From: Capsulimonadaceae bacterium
GTDB taxonomy: Bacteria; Armatimonadota; Armatimonadia; Armatimonadales; Capsulimonadaceae
NCBI GenBank assembly: GCA_965215505.1
Contig: OZ244065.1
Coordinates: 3,648,001 to 3,712,000 of the forward strand
Length of the DNA stretch: 64,000 bases
Direction of reading: 5' to 3'
Below, in pieces: positions 9,817 to 19,160 of this stretch. The position numbers and the translations under genes are program-made. The notes beneath the pieces are model-generated. The model saw nothing but the letters and a program-made list of their open reading frames with translations. It was not told the DNA's origin and made no database searches. The stretch's first letter is position 1; each line of letters starts with the position of its first letter.

Positions 9817-10175
9817 TGTGACCCGGCCATGAATGGCCGGTCTATTCCCGGCTTCGCCGGTGGGCCGCCCCTTCGGGGCTTCTGAGGGACAAGGCCGCAG
9901 GAGGGTTGGGGAACCCAACCCCTACGCCATCCCTGTAGGGGCGGGGTCCCCCCGCCCTCTTCGTCCCGCCTTTTTGTCCTGCCTGTTCGTCCTGCCACGC
10001 CTTCCGGGGAAGACGGAGGGCGCGGATGGGGAAGGAGGGCGCGGATTACGAAAGAGGGCGCGGCAAGCGGCACCCCTACGAGGCCCGGCGGGCATCACGT
10101 TGTCCGAACGATGCCATCCGAAGCCCCGAAGCGGGCGGCCCATCCGTGTAGACCGGCGGTTTAACGCCGGGACGA
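9817..10175. repeat. Composite REP cluster
   Basis: CCGGCCATGAATGGCCGG, CCCGGCTTCGCCGGTGGGCC arm, and GTAGGGGCG/CCCCTAC units. Confidence 0.75.
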
Positions 10176-10208
10176 TTTGGCCGGGACGCCGGGACAACGG
10201 CAGGACGT

Positions 10209-11915
10209 TCATGGCATGGCCTTGGGGCGCGGCGCAGGGAGATCAATCGCCAGACGTGACCCGAAGAGCGGGCGACCGCCCGCGCGCACATACATGATGA
10301 CGACCTCGGTCGGCGCGTCCGGCGACCCCGCCCGGTCCATCTGGAACGTCAGCCTGGCCCGATCGAGCTGGTCGGCGGGGACTCGGGCGAAGTCCTGCCG
10401 GAAGTCGGCGGCGAACGCCTGCTGGACCCACGGGGACAGGTCCGTCAAGGCCAGGCCGTCGGCGGAAAAGGCGGCCTCCCGCTGGAGGGGCGGCAGCAGG
10501 CCGATCAGGCGCAGCGTCTTGTAAGTCATGACGGAAGACCACGGGCCGGTCCCGGCCAGGGCGACATCTAGGGTGAGCTTCACCTGCGGCCAGGTCAGCG
10601 TCGCCGCGATCTCCGTGTTGTCTTCCAAAGTCAGCGTGCCCTGTTTTTGGAGCCGCGCCCGCCACCTGGCGACCAGGCGGTCCGGCACGTCGTTCGCCCG
10701 GTCCAGCGCCCAGGTCCGGCTCCAGAACACATAATCATCGCCGACCTTCTCGGTGTGCAGGTCCCATTCCCGGCAGATGCCGGCGATGAGCTGCGGCAGC
10801 GTCCCTTTCAGTGGCGTGGGTCCGGGCGTGTCGTACTTCGCCGTGGCCCCCGCTTTGATGAAGTCTTCCTGACAGAGAGTGACGTGAGCGACCTTCGCCA
10901 GCGCCTGTAAGGTGAAGCCGACATCCTTGCGCTGGGCGGGCGTGACCGCCCTATCCGTCAGCAGGGGTGCCAGGTCGAAGACCGGCTCTTTCGGCCCGGC
11001 GATGGGCGGCGGCACGCGGTTTGGGGCGCGGTCGGTGTTTGTGTCGTAAACCTCTAGACCGTTCCCGTAATCGTTGACGCCTTCCAGCTTCACCTCATAC
11101 TCGGTGGCCTGGTTCGGGTAGGTGCCGTCTTTATCCATCCGCTCCACGGAGAGCGCCGGCGGCACATCCGGCGGCTCAGGAGGCGGGTATCCTGCACGGA
11201 TCGCCTCCGCGTAGGTGCGGAGACTGTCCGCGCGCTGCTTCTGCTTGAAGGCGGCTATCTCTCCGGCGAACATCGCGGGGTCCAGGGGCATCTTCTCGCC
11301 GTCCACCAGCGCCTCGATCTGGGCGTCCGACAGGTTTTGGAGGGCGCGGTCGAGCGGGGTGGGGTCGCCGCGCAGGCGCGCGGGCGGGTAGTCGCTCTTG
11401 AACTCCCGGCGCTGTTCCGCCGTCAGGGGGATGACGTCGCGCATGTCGCGGAGCATTCTGGCGGCTTCCCGGCGCGGGTAGTCCCGCGCGTACTCCTCGT
11501 CTTGGAGCGAGCGCAAGTCGCGCCACAGGTTAAAGGCGGGGCGGGCATTCGCGGGCCGTCCCAGCTTCTCCCAGTAGTAGCCGTGCGGCTTCTCTGGCAG
11601 GTGGCTGAGGAGCTGGGGCAGGCGGTTCAGCAGCAGGTAGAGCGGCTGGCCGGTGAGGCGGAGCGTCACGCGCTGGTCGGCGATCTGCGAGGAGGCGGAG
11701 AGGTCTACTTTAAGCATCGGCGAGAGGTCTTTCAGCACCTCGCCGAGCGGGCGGTCGGTGGCCTCCAGGGTGATCTTCTGCTGCAAGAGCGGGTCGTCGC
11801 GCAGGAGCGTAGGACTCGCCGGGGCAGTAGCCGGGGCGGGCGTGGGGGCGGCCCCGCCGGGACCGGCGGGCGGCAGGAGGCCCATTAGGAGGAGAATGAG
11901 AGCTTGCGGGCGCAT
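10209..11915 (-). CDS. Secreted hypothetical protein with STN/secretin-N-like repeats
   Basis: Signal peptide; LQQKITLEATDRPLGEVLKDLS resembles the STN domain; coding-like codon bias. Confidence 0.65.
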   Translation of the reverse strand: MRPQALILLLMGLLPPAGPGGAAPTPAPATAPASPTLLRDDPLLQQKITLEATDRPLGEVLKDLSPMLKVDLSASSQIADQRVTLRLTGQPLYLLLNRLPQLLSHLPEKPHGYYWEKLGRPANARPAFNLWRDLRSLQDEEYARDYPRREAARMLRDMRDVIPLTAEQRREFKSDYPPARLRGDPTPLDRALQNLSDAQIEALVDGEKMPLDPAMFAGEIAAFKQKQRADSLRTYAEAIRAGYPPPEPPDVPPALSVERMDKDGTYPNQATEYEVKLEGVNDYGNGLEVYDTNTDRAPNRVPPPIAGPKEPVFDLAPLLTDRAVTPAQRKDVGFTLQALAKVAHVTLCQEDFIKAGATAKYDTPGPTPLKGTLPQLIAGICREWDLHTEKVGDDYVFWSRTWALDRANDVPDRLVARWRARLQKQGTLTLEDNTEIAATLTWPQVKLTLDVALAGTGPWSSVMTYKTLRLIGLLPPLQREAAFSADGLALTDLSPWVQQAFAADFRQDFARVPADQLDRARLTFQMDRAGSPDAPTEVVIMYVRAGGRPLFGSRLAIDLPAPRPKAMP

Positions 11916-11920
11916 GAGCC

Positions 11921-11949
11921 ATCATAGCATGGTCGGCCGCTTCTGTCAA
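11921..11949 (-). promoter_or_regulatory. sigma70 promoter, probably leaderless transcript
   Basis: TTGACA-N17-TATGAT-N5-ATG. Confidence 0.7.
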
Positions 11950-11991
11950 TGGAGCAGTTGAAAGCCGGCCGCAGAGATTTTTCAGCGTTTG

Positions 11992-12020
11992 TTGACAACG
12001 GCTGGCAATTAAGATATACT
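11992..12020 (+). promoter_or_regulatory. sigma70 promoter of the wzm/wzt operon
   Basis: TTGACA-N17-TATACT. Confidence 0.7.
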
Positions 12021-12105
12021 GGATAGGATCAGAAAATAATCACAAAATGATCGAGATCACGCCGAGGCAAGACACAGCGGCGACGAGAGTGAGAACCAGA
12101 CACGG

Positions 12106-12345
12106 ATGGAGTCCGAATCCAGAGACCTGCTGACCGTGGAACAAGCGGCGGCCTACTTGCAGCTCAGTCAGTCCAGCATCCGCTCTTACATCCGTCAGGG
12201 CAAGCTGAGTGCCTTCCGCATCGCCGGCAAGCGCAAAGTCCTCATCCAGCGCACCGAGCTCCTGAAGCTGCTGGAGCCGGCACGCGCCCAGGACATCGTC
12301 CTGGACGCCGAGGCCGGGCCGGACGAGGAAGACGACGCGGAATGA
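12106..12345 (+). CDS. Excisionase-like (HTH_17) DNA-binding protein
   Basis: LLTVEQAAAYLQLSQSSIRSYIRQGKLSAFRI. Confidence 0.85.
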   Translation: MESESRDLLTVEQAAAYLQLSQSSIRSYIRQGKLSAFRIAGKRKVLIQRTELLKLLEPARAQDIVLDAEAGPDEEDDAE

Positions 12346-13274
12346 ACGGCGATGTCGGGGGGGCCACGTCCGTCGTCATCCGGGCGAGGCCCGGCAGCCT
12401 GGGGCTGGCCGAGGAGGCGCGCGAGCTGTGGCGCTACAAGCACCTCGTCCGCACCCTGGTCGAGCGGGATTTGCGCGTCCGCTACAAGAACTCCGTGCTG
12501 GGCGTCGCCTGGACCATGGTCAACCCTCTGGTGCAGGTGTTCGTGCTGACCGTCGCCATCAGCTTCATCCTGGGGGCCGGGCCGCACAATCTCAGCGCCT
12601 ACATCTTCTGCGCCACCATCCCCTGGACCTTCTTCCAGACCGCCATCCTCGATTCGTCCACGTCCGTACTCGCCAAGCTCGGCCTGCTGAAGAAGGTCTA
12701 CTTCCCGCGCGAGATTCCCCTGATCGCGACCGTCTGCCAGAACTTCGTCCAGTTCCTGATCTCGCTCGGCGTCTTCGTCTTGTACCGCTTCGTCCTCACC
12801 CCCCTGCTGCACGGCGGCAGCGTCGCGCCGCCCTTGGCCCTGCTCTGGCTGCCGGTCGTGACCGTGCTGCTCTTCCTGCTGACTTTGGGGACGGCCTTCT
12901 TCGTCGCCACCCTGAACGTCTTCTACGAGGACGTGAAGTTCATCCTGACCCTGACGATGGGCTTCCTGTTCTACCTGATGCCGATCATCTACTTCGCCGA
13001 GAACATCCAGTACGCCGCGCGCCTCCACAGCGCGGCGGGCCGCTGGTGGGCCTATCACCTGTATCTGGCGAACCCGATGGCCTGGATCGTCACGGCCTTC
13101 AAGCAGATGTTCTTCGGCGTCCAGAACATCGCGAAGCCCGGCGACCCGGTGCTTTTGAGTGCGCCGTTCGACTGGCGCTATCTGCTCATCACGGCCGTCT
13201 TCTCCGTCACGTTCTGCCTGGGGGGCTACTCCTTCTTCAATGGCCGCAAGTGGCGGTTCACGGAGCGTCCGTGA
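12342..13274 (+). CDS. wzm: ABC-2 polysaccharide export permease
   Basis: RDLRVRYKNSVLGVAW, KKVYFPRE, ANPMA; multiple TM segments. Confidence 0.92.
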   Translation: MNGDVGGATSVVIRARPGSLGLAEEARELWRYKHLVRTLVERDLRVRYKNSVLGVAWTMVNPLVQVFVLTVAISFILGAGPHNLSAYIFCATIPWTFFQTAILDSSTSVLAKLGLLKKVYFPREIPLIATVCQNFVQFLISLGVFVLYRFVLTPLLHGGSVAPPLALLWLPVVTVLLFLLTLGTAFFVATLNVFYEDVKFILTLTMGFLFYLMPIIYFAENIQYAARLHSAAGRWWAYHLYLANPMAWIVTAFKQMFFGVQNIAKPGDPVLLSAPFDWRYLLITAVFSVTFCLGGYSFFNGRKWRFTERP

Positions 13275-14047
13275 GAGAAAACGCCCCCCCCGCCGTCGAG
13301 ATCACCGGCCTGGTGAAAGAGTTCCGGGTCTACCACCGCTCCTACGGGTCACTCAAGAGCCACGCCGCCGCCCTGGCGAAGAACCTGATCCGCCGCGAGG
13401 TCACGTCCGCCTACGAGATACGGCGCGCGCTGGACGGCGTCACGTTCCGAATCGCGCCCGGCGAGACGGTCGCCTTGATCGGGCGCAACGGATCCGGCAA
13501 GAGTACCCTGCTCTCCATCCTCTCGCGGATCTATTTGCCGACGGCGGGCGAGGCGCGGCTGAATGGGCGGATGATGAGCCTGCTGGAACTGGGCGCGGGC
13601 TTCGACAGCGAGCTGACCGGGGCGCAGAACGTCTTCTTCAACGGCGTCGTGCTGGGGCTGGACGAGGACCAGGTGGCGGCCCGCTACGACGCCATTCTAG
13701 ACTTCGCCGAGCTTGACCGGCAGGCGATGGACCTGCCGGTGCGGATGTACTCGTCGGGGATGCAGCTCAGGCTCGGCTTCGCCATCGCCGTGCATCTGGA
13801 GGCCGACCTGCTGCTGGTGGATGAGGGGCTGGCGGTCGGCGACGAGGGCTTCCAGGAGAAGTGTTTCCGCAAGATGGAGGAGTTCCACGCCCAGGGCAAG
13901 ACCATCCTGATGGTGACGCACGAACTGGACCACGTCGAGCGCCTGGCCCAGCGCGTTCTGTGGCTGGACGGCGGCAGGATACGGCGCGACGGCCCGGTGG
14001 CGGACGTCCTGGCCGAGTACCGGGGGACCTTCCGCCATGACGGATGA
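13271..14047 (+). CDS. wzt: Polysaccharide ABC transporter ATPase
   Basis: GRNGSGKST, YSSGMQLRLGF, LLVDEGLAVGD; GTG overlaps the wzm stop. Confidence 0.92.
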   Translation: MRENAPPAVEITGLVKEFRVYHRSYGSLKSHAAALAKNLIRREVTSAYEIRRALDGVTFRIAPGETVALIGRNGSGKSTLLSILSRIYLPTAGEARLNGRMMSLLELGAGFDSELTGAQNVFFNGVVLGLDEDQVAARYDAILDFAELDRQAMDLPVRMYSSGMQLRLGFAIAVHLEADLLLVDEGLAVGDEGFQEKCFRKMEEFHAQGKTILMVTHELDHVERLAQRVLWLDGGRIRRDGPVADVLAEYRGTFRHDG

Positions 14048-15251
14048 AGCAGGGGAAAGTCCTATCCCGGCGGGCAAGCCCGCCACCCTTCCCTGGCGCA
14101 ACTGCACCCGACCCGAGGGAAGGGACAGGCCCGGAACGAATGTGAACGGGCCAGGGATAGGACCCGACCTGTCCGTGGCCGTCGTCTCCTACAACACCAA
14201 GGACCTGCTGCGCGCCTGCCTCGCCTCGCTGCGCGACCGGGAAGCGGATGGGGAGGCGCGGCTGGAAATCATCGTCGCCGACAATGGCTCGGACGACGGC
14301 AGCCTGGAGATGGCACGCGCCGAGTTCCCCGGCGTCCGCGTCGTCGAAACCGGCGGCAACGTCGGCTTCGGGCGGGCCAACAACCTCGCCCTGCGGGACG
14401 CGCGGGGCCGCCACTTCTGCCTGCTGAACTCCGACGCCGAGGCCCTGCCCGGCGCGCTGCGCGGGGCCTTGGCCTTCCTCGACGCGCACCCCGACGTCGG
14501 CCTCGCCGGCGGACAACTGCTGTGGCCGGACGGGCGCGCGCAGACCTCCTGGGGCAACGACCCGACGCTGGCAGGCGTCTGGCAGGAGCAGACGTGGGGG
14601 TGGAGGGGGAATGCCCCCACCCCCCGCCCCTCCCTTCACCCCGCTCCGTTCCTACGAGGGGCTGCAAGCGGGAGAGGGCGGTCAGAGTTGGATTCGGAGG
14701 GGGAATTGTCCGGCTCTCCTCCGGCTGGTCCTTTATCCGACTCCCCTCTCCCGCTTGCGGGGGAGGGGCGGGGGGTGGGGGCCTCCTCTCCCCCCCGCGA
14801 CGTGGACCAGATCAGCGGCGCGTTCATGGCGATCCGGCGCGAAGCCTGGCATCAGATCGGCGGCTTCGATCCGGCCTACTTCATGTATAATGAAGACGTG
14901 GACCTGAACGTCCGCCTGCGCCGGGCGGGCTGGCGGGTCGTCTTCCTGCCCGACGTTCGCATCCGGCACCACCTGGGCGCGAGCAGCCGGGCGGACTGGC
15001 GGACGCGCGCCCGCATGGTGTCCGCCTACAACGAGAGCCGCGCCCTTTACTTCGCCCGCTATGAGGGGCCTGCGGCGGGCCGCCGGCTGCGGGCCTACTG
15101 CCTGCTGGGCGCGGCCATCCGCCTGACCGGCTGGAGCCTGCTTGCCGCCGCCAAGCCCGCCGCCCGCGACAAGGTGAGGCTGTTCCGGGAGGTCTGGCGG
15201 CGGACATGGGCAATGGGAACGTCGGGGACGCCGGGGCAGGAGGGGCTATAG
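14037..15251 (+). CDS. GT2 (WbbL-like) glycosyltransferase with in-frame palindromic insertion
   Basis: VVSYN, DNGSDDGS, GFGRANN, LLNSD, GFDPAYFMYNEDVDL; true start may be GTG 14142. Confidence 0.88.
   Translation: MTDEAGESPIPAGKPATLPWRNCTRPEGRDRPGTNVNGPGIGPDLSVAVVSYNTKDLLRACLASLRDREADGEARLEIIVADNGSDDGSLEMARAEFPGVRVVETGGNVGFGRANNLALRDARGRHFCLLNSDAEALPGALRGALAFLDAHPDVGLAGGQLLWPDGRAQTSWGNDPTLAGVWQEQTWGWRGNAPTPRPSLHPAPFLRGAASGRGRSELDSEGELSGSPPAGPLSDSPLPLAGEGRGVGASSPPRDVDQISGAFMAIRREAWHQIGGFDPAYFMYNEDVDLNVRLRRAGWRVVFLPDVRIRHHLGASSRADWRTRARMVSAYNESRALYFARYEGPAAGRRLRAYCLLGAAIRLTGWSLLAAAKPAARDKVRLFREVWRRTWAMGTSGTPGQEGL
14613..14782. repeat. Intragenic palindromic (RPE/REP-like) element
   Basis: GCCCCCACCCCCCGCCCCTCCC ... 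GGGAGGGGCGGGGGGTGGGGGC terminal IR; inner GCAAGCGGGAGAGGG / CCCTCTCCCGCTTGC. Confidence 0.85.
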
Positions 15252-15255
15252 GAGC

Positions 15256-16032
15256 ATGACACCCACGCAGACCGCCCGCCGGTATGTCGGCGACCAGATC
15301 AGGCGGGTCCGGTTCCGCCGGGCGTTCCAGGAGTTCAAGGCGGCATCGCGGGGCGGGGACAGGTTCCCCATCGCCTGGGGGGACCGCCTGCCCTGCCTCA
15401 ATGAAGGCACGGCGGGCACCGAGTTCGACCGGCACTACGTCTACCACCCGGCCTGGGCGGCGCGCGTCCTGCGCGCGACCCGGCCGGAGGAGCATGTGGA
15501 CATCTCCTCCACGCTGCACTTCTGCACCATCGTGTCGGCGTTCCTCCCGGTCCGGTTCTACGACTACCGGCCCGCCGAACTCGCCCTGGCCGGGCTGGCG
15601 TCGGGGCGGGCCGACCTGACCGCCCTGCCGTTCGCCGACGGCAGCATCGCGTCCCTCTCCTGCATGCACACGGTCGAACACGTCGGCCTGGGCCGCTACG
15701 GGGACCCGCTGGACCCGGACGGCGACTTGAAGGCGGTCGGGGAGCTGCGGCGCGTCCTCGCGCCCGGCGGCTCGCTGCTCTTCGTCGTGCCGGTCGGCAG
15801 GCCGCGCATCCTGTTCAACGCCCACCGCATCTACGCGCACGCGCAGATCACGGAGTATTTCGCGGACCTGGAACTGGTCCGGTTCGCCCTGGTCCCGGAC
15901 GACACGCGGGTGGGGCTGATCGAGGACGCCACCCCCGCGCAGTCCGATGCCCAGTCCTACGGCTGCGGGTGCTTCTGGTTCAGGAAGCCGCCCGCGCCGG
16001 GGGATCAACGGGCGGGCGATGCACGCGGATGA
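15256..16032 (+). CDS. DUF268-family SAM-dependent methyltransferase-like protein
   Basis: SLSCMHTVEHVGLGRYGDPLDPDGDLKA, FNAHRIY. Confidence 0.85.
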   Translation: MTPTQTARRYVGDQIRRVRFRRAFQEFKAASRGGDRFPIAWGDRLPCLNEGTAGTEFDRHYVYHPAWAARVLRATRPEEHVDISSTLHFCTIVSAFLPVRFYDYRPAELALAGLASGRADLTALPFADGSIASLSCMHTVEHVGLGRYGDPLDPDGDLKAVGELRRVLAPGGSLLFVVPVGRPRILFNAHRIYAHAQITEYFADLELVRFALVPDDTRVGLIEDATPAQSDAQSYGCGCFWFRKPPAPGDQRAGDARG

Positions 16033-16735
16033 TGTCGTCGCGGACTTCCAGGCTCAGGCCGGGACGCCGGGCAGCGACCAGCGCGCGCAGCTCTTCCAGG
16101 GCGGGGTAGTTGTTCTCGCGCCGGAACTCGCGGGCGTCGTCCACCAGGATGACGTGGCCCTGGACGGGGTGCGCGAGGATCATCGCGAGTTCGCTCAGGA
16201 CCGGCGTGACGGACTTGCCCAGTGCGGTGATGCCGCTGGAGTAGTGCCCGTCCAGCCAGAACAGACAGGGTTCCCGGACTTCCGAGAGGATGCCGGGCAG
16301 GACCCGCTCGCTGTCCCCTTGCAGGATCGTGACGTGCGCGTCATCCTGGAACCGCCGCTCCGCCAGGCGCGCGAGGGGGACGCTCAACTCGACCGAGTAG
16401 ATGTGCCGGAACTGATCCCGGCAGGCGGCCACGGTGTCGCCCATGTAGGTGCCGGTTTCGACCAGGGTCTGGAGGCCGAAGCGCCGGCCGTAGTCGCGCA
16501 CCGTGCCGTGCTTGTAGGCGGGGGGCGGCGGGACGGGGCGGCCTTCTTTGTCCCACTCGGCCACGAGGCGGCGGCCCTCCTCCTCGCTGGGCGGCGGCGA
16601 GAACTCGCCCCGGCGCATCAGGTCCGCGATCTCGCGCCGCTTCAGCCGGTCAAGATGGGCGGGGTAAAGCGGGCTGGCCTTGATGACTTTTTTCAAGAGC
16701 TGCCGTACCGTCTGTCCAAATGTCCTTTGACTCAT
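15980..16735 (-). CDS. Putative SAM-dependent methyltransferase
   Basis: VETGTYMGD, SVELS, GDSE, FWLDGHYS, ILVDDAR. Confidence 0.75.
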   Translation of the reverse strand: MSQRTFGQTVRQLLKKVIKASPLYPAHLDRLKRREIADLMRRGEFSPPPSEEEGRRLVAEWDKEGRPVPPPPAYKHGTVRDYGRRFGLQTLVETGTYMGDTVAACRDQFRHIYSVELSVPLARLAERRFQDDAHVTILQGDSERVLPGILSEVREPCLFWLDGHYSSGITALGKSVTPVLSELAMILAHPVQGHVILVDDAREFRRENNYPALEELRALVAARRPGLSLEVRDDIIRVHRPPVDPPARAAS

Positions 16736-16741
16736 AGGCTC

Positions 16742-17494
16742 CTACCAGAGATTAAGGTCCACGAAGATCGAGTTGATGAAGGTGTCGGCGTAGTGGAGGT
16801 AGCCCGCGCCCTCCATGTGCCGGAGGATATCCTGGTCCTTCACCATGTCCCGCCGGCTTTCCGCGATGTCAGCCGTCTCGATGCAGAACACGGCGGGGCG
16901 GTGGCGCGCGAAGTCCCAGGCCCGCAGGATGGCGAGGTCAACCCCCTCGGCGTCCAGGGACACGAAATCCGGGCAGCGCGTGAAGTGCTTCTCCAGGATG
17001 GCGGCGGGGGTAAAAAGGGGGATCGGGACCTCCTTCACGATGCGGTAGCCCAGGCGCTCGTACCCGGCGGCCTCCTCGCGCGAGAACGTGCCCAGAGTGT
17101 GTTCCGACATCCGGTAGAACCGGGCTTTGGCGTCGGTCCGGTCGGAGACGCCCGCGCGGAGGCAGGTGTCGCGGCGGCGGACCCAGCGCAGCCGCCGGAA
17201 CATGCGCGGGTCCGGCTCGACGCAGACGCCCCGGCACCCCCGGTGGTAGAAGTGATAGGTGTTGTTCATCAGGATCGGCTCGTTCGCCCCGATGTCCAGG
17301 TAGGAGGGCGTCTCGATGCCGACCATGTGGAGCAGTTGGGCGACGATGAGGTCCTCGCCGCTCTGGGAGAAGCTCGGGATTCCCTTCTCGACGCGCCGCC
17401 GGTGCTGCTCTGCCTGGAGCTTGCGGCGGGCCATGAGCGGGATGCGCGAGTACCATTCGGGCGAGAAGCGTTTCGGTTCGGGCGGGGTCGTCAT
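16742..17494 (-). CDS. FkbM-family methyltransferase
   Basis: SQSGED, YLDIGAN, VEPDP, SLDAEGVD. Confidence 0.88.
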   Translation of the reverse strand: MTTPPEPKRFSPEWYSRIPLMARRKLQAEQHRRRVEKGIPSFSQSGEDLIVAQLLHMVGIETPSYLDIGANEPILMNNTYHFYHRGCRGVCVEPDPRMFRRLRWVRRRDTCLRAGVSDRTDAKARFYRMSEHTLGTFSREEAAGYERLGYRIVKEVPIPLFTPAAILEKHFTRCPDFVSLDAEGVDLAILRAWDFARHRPAVFCIETADIAESRRDMVKDQDILRHMEGAGYLHYADTFINSIFVDLNLW

Positions 17495-17633
17495 CCTGTG
17501 TCCTTTTGCCTGTGTCTTTCTCCGTCTATCCTTTTCCCTGTGGTCGGCACAGGATAACACGGGGGCAGGCGGCGTGTCAAGGGGCGGGGCGGCGGCGGGC
17601 AGGGTGGTAGCCGATGTTACGCGCCAGCAGGAC

Positions 17634-17914
17634 GAGTGATTAGGACGAGGGCGCGGACGAGTGATTAGGACGAGGGCGCGGACGAGTGATCGAAATCACT
17701 CGCTGCGCGCGGACCTGTCCAGGGGACAGAAGAGAAGGACAGAAGAGAAGGACAGAAGAGGGTTAAGGACCAAGAAGCACCGGGCGGCGTATCCCGTTCC
17801 CATTCCTGTTTCCCTTGTCCCCTGGACAAATCTGAGGTCAGCGAGTGATTTCAATCACTCGTCCGCGCCCTCGTCCTAATCACTCGTCCGCGCCCTCGTC
17901 CTAATCTCGTCCTA
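17634..17914. repeat. REPIN-like element (GAGTGATnnAATCACTC / TGTCCAGGGGACA family)
   Basis: Two inverted arms, each with both palindromes, plus mirrored 25-bp tandem extensions. Confidence 0.85.
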
Positions 17915-17967
17915 ACCCCTCATGGCCGGCATGAGGCGGCGCATGGCAGCGGCAGGTAAAGCACGGC

Positions 17968-18930
17968 ATGATAACGGTCAAGATCAGCGGCGAGAACCGG
18001 CACTGGCCCCTCCTCCGGCAGACGCCCGGCGGGAACGGGGTCTGGGGCGACTGCCGGTTCGTCGTCAACCAGGGCACTGAGGGAGACGATGCCGAGTGCG
18101 ACTACTGGGTCGTCTATGACGGCCTGTACGAGACCGAGACGGCCCGGTGCCCGCCGCAGAACACGATCCTGATCACGGCGGAGCCGCCGACCGTCCGGTC
18201 CTACTCGGCCCGGTTCACGGCCCAGTTCGCCCAGGTCGTGACGTGCCACGAGGCGCTCCGGCACCCCCACGTCGTCCGCGCCCAGCAGGCCCTCCCCTGG
18301 CACCTGCTGGACAAGAGCTACGATGACCTGGCGCACGGCCCCGGCCCGGAAAAGACAAAGCTGCTGTCCGTGATCTCCTCCGACAAGGCATTCACCGAGG
18401 GGCACCGGCGGCGCGTCGAGTTCGTGGAGCGGCTGAAAGAGGGCCTGGGCCTGCCGGTAGACCACTTCGGACCGGAACCGCGCATCCCGAGCAAGTGGGA
18501 CGGCCTGGCGGACTACAAGTACACGGTCGTGATCGAGAACTCGTCCTTCCGCGACTACTGGACGGAGAAGCTGGCCGACGCCTTCCTGGCTGACGCCTAC
18601 CCGTTCTACTTCGGCTGCCCGAACGTCGCCGACTACTTCCCGGACGGCGGCTATAGCGGCATCGACATCGGGGACCCGGACCGCGCGCTGGCGGTCATCC
18701 GGGAGGCCGTCGCCTCAGACCGCTTCGCGGCGACTATCGCCGAGCGCAGGCAGGCCAAAGATTTGATACTGAACAGGTACAATCTCTTCCCAACAATCGC
18801 CGCCATGACCTCCGCCGAGGGTGCGGCCCTGCCGAAGCGGCGGCTGACCCTCCGGTCCGAGGCCGCCCAAGCGGGCACATTGCTCCGGCGGACGGCGCGC
18901 TGGGTGAGGCGGCGGATGACGAACGGGTGA
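17968..18930 (+). CDS. GT10-like (fucosyltransferase-like) glycosyltransferase
   Basis: YKYTVVIENS..DYWTEKLADAF..PFYFG. Confidence 0.85.
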   Translation: MITVKISGENRHWPLLRQTPGGNGVWGDCRFVVNQGTEGDDAECDYWVVYDGLYETETARCPPQNTILITAEPPTVRSYSARFTAQFAQVVTCHEALRHPHVVRAQQALPWHLLDKSYDDLAHGPGPEKTKLLSVISSDKAFTEGHRRRVEFVERLKEGLGLPVDHFGPEPRIPSKWDGLADYKYTVVIENSSFRDYWTEKLADAFLADAYPFYFGCPNVADYFPDGGYSGIDIGDPDRALAVIREAVASDRFAATIAERRQAKDLILNRYNLFPTIAAMTSAEGAALPKRRLTLRSEAAQAGTLLRRTARWVRRRMTNG

Positions 18931-18953
18931 TGTGATATGCCAACTAGACGGGG

Positions 18954-19108
18954 ATAGGACGAGTGAATAAATTCACTCGCTGATTGGGACCTGTCCAGGG
19001 GACAGAGGACGGGAACAAGAGGGGATGGGCGGGCGTTCGGCGGCATTCCGATCTCTTGTCCCCTGGACAAATCCGGGGGCAGCGAGTGATTTCAATCACT
19101 CGTCCTAT
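18954..19108. repeat. REPIN-like element (same family as 17634)
   Basis: GAGTGAATAAATTCACTC..TGTCCAGGGGACA and inverted arm. Confidence 0.85.
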
Positions 19109-19160
19109 GCTCGTCCTATGCTCGTCCTTATCACCGGCAGACAACGCGCAGGACGAACGC

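Noticed and set aside
12106-12345. Prophage/ICE marked by excisionase-like genes (also 40372)
   Set aside because: No integrase, tRNA att site or phage genes nearby
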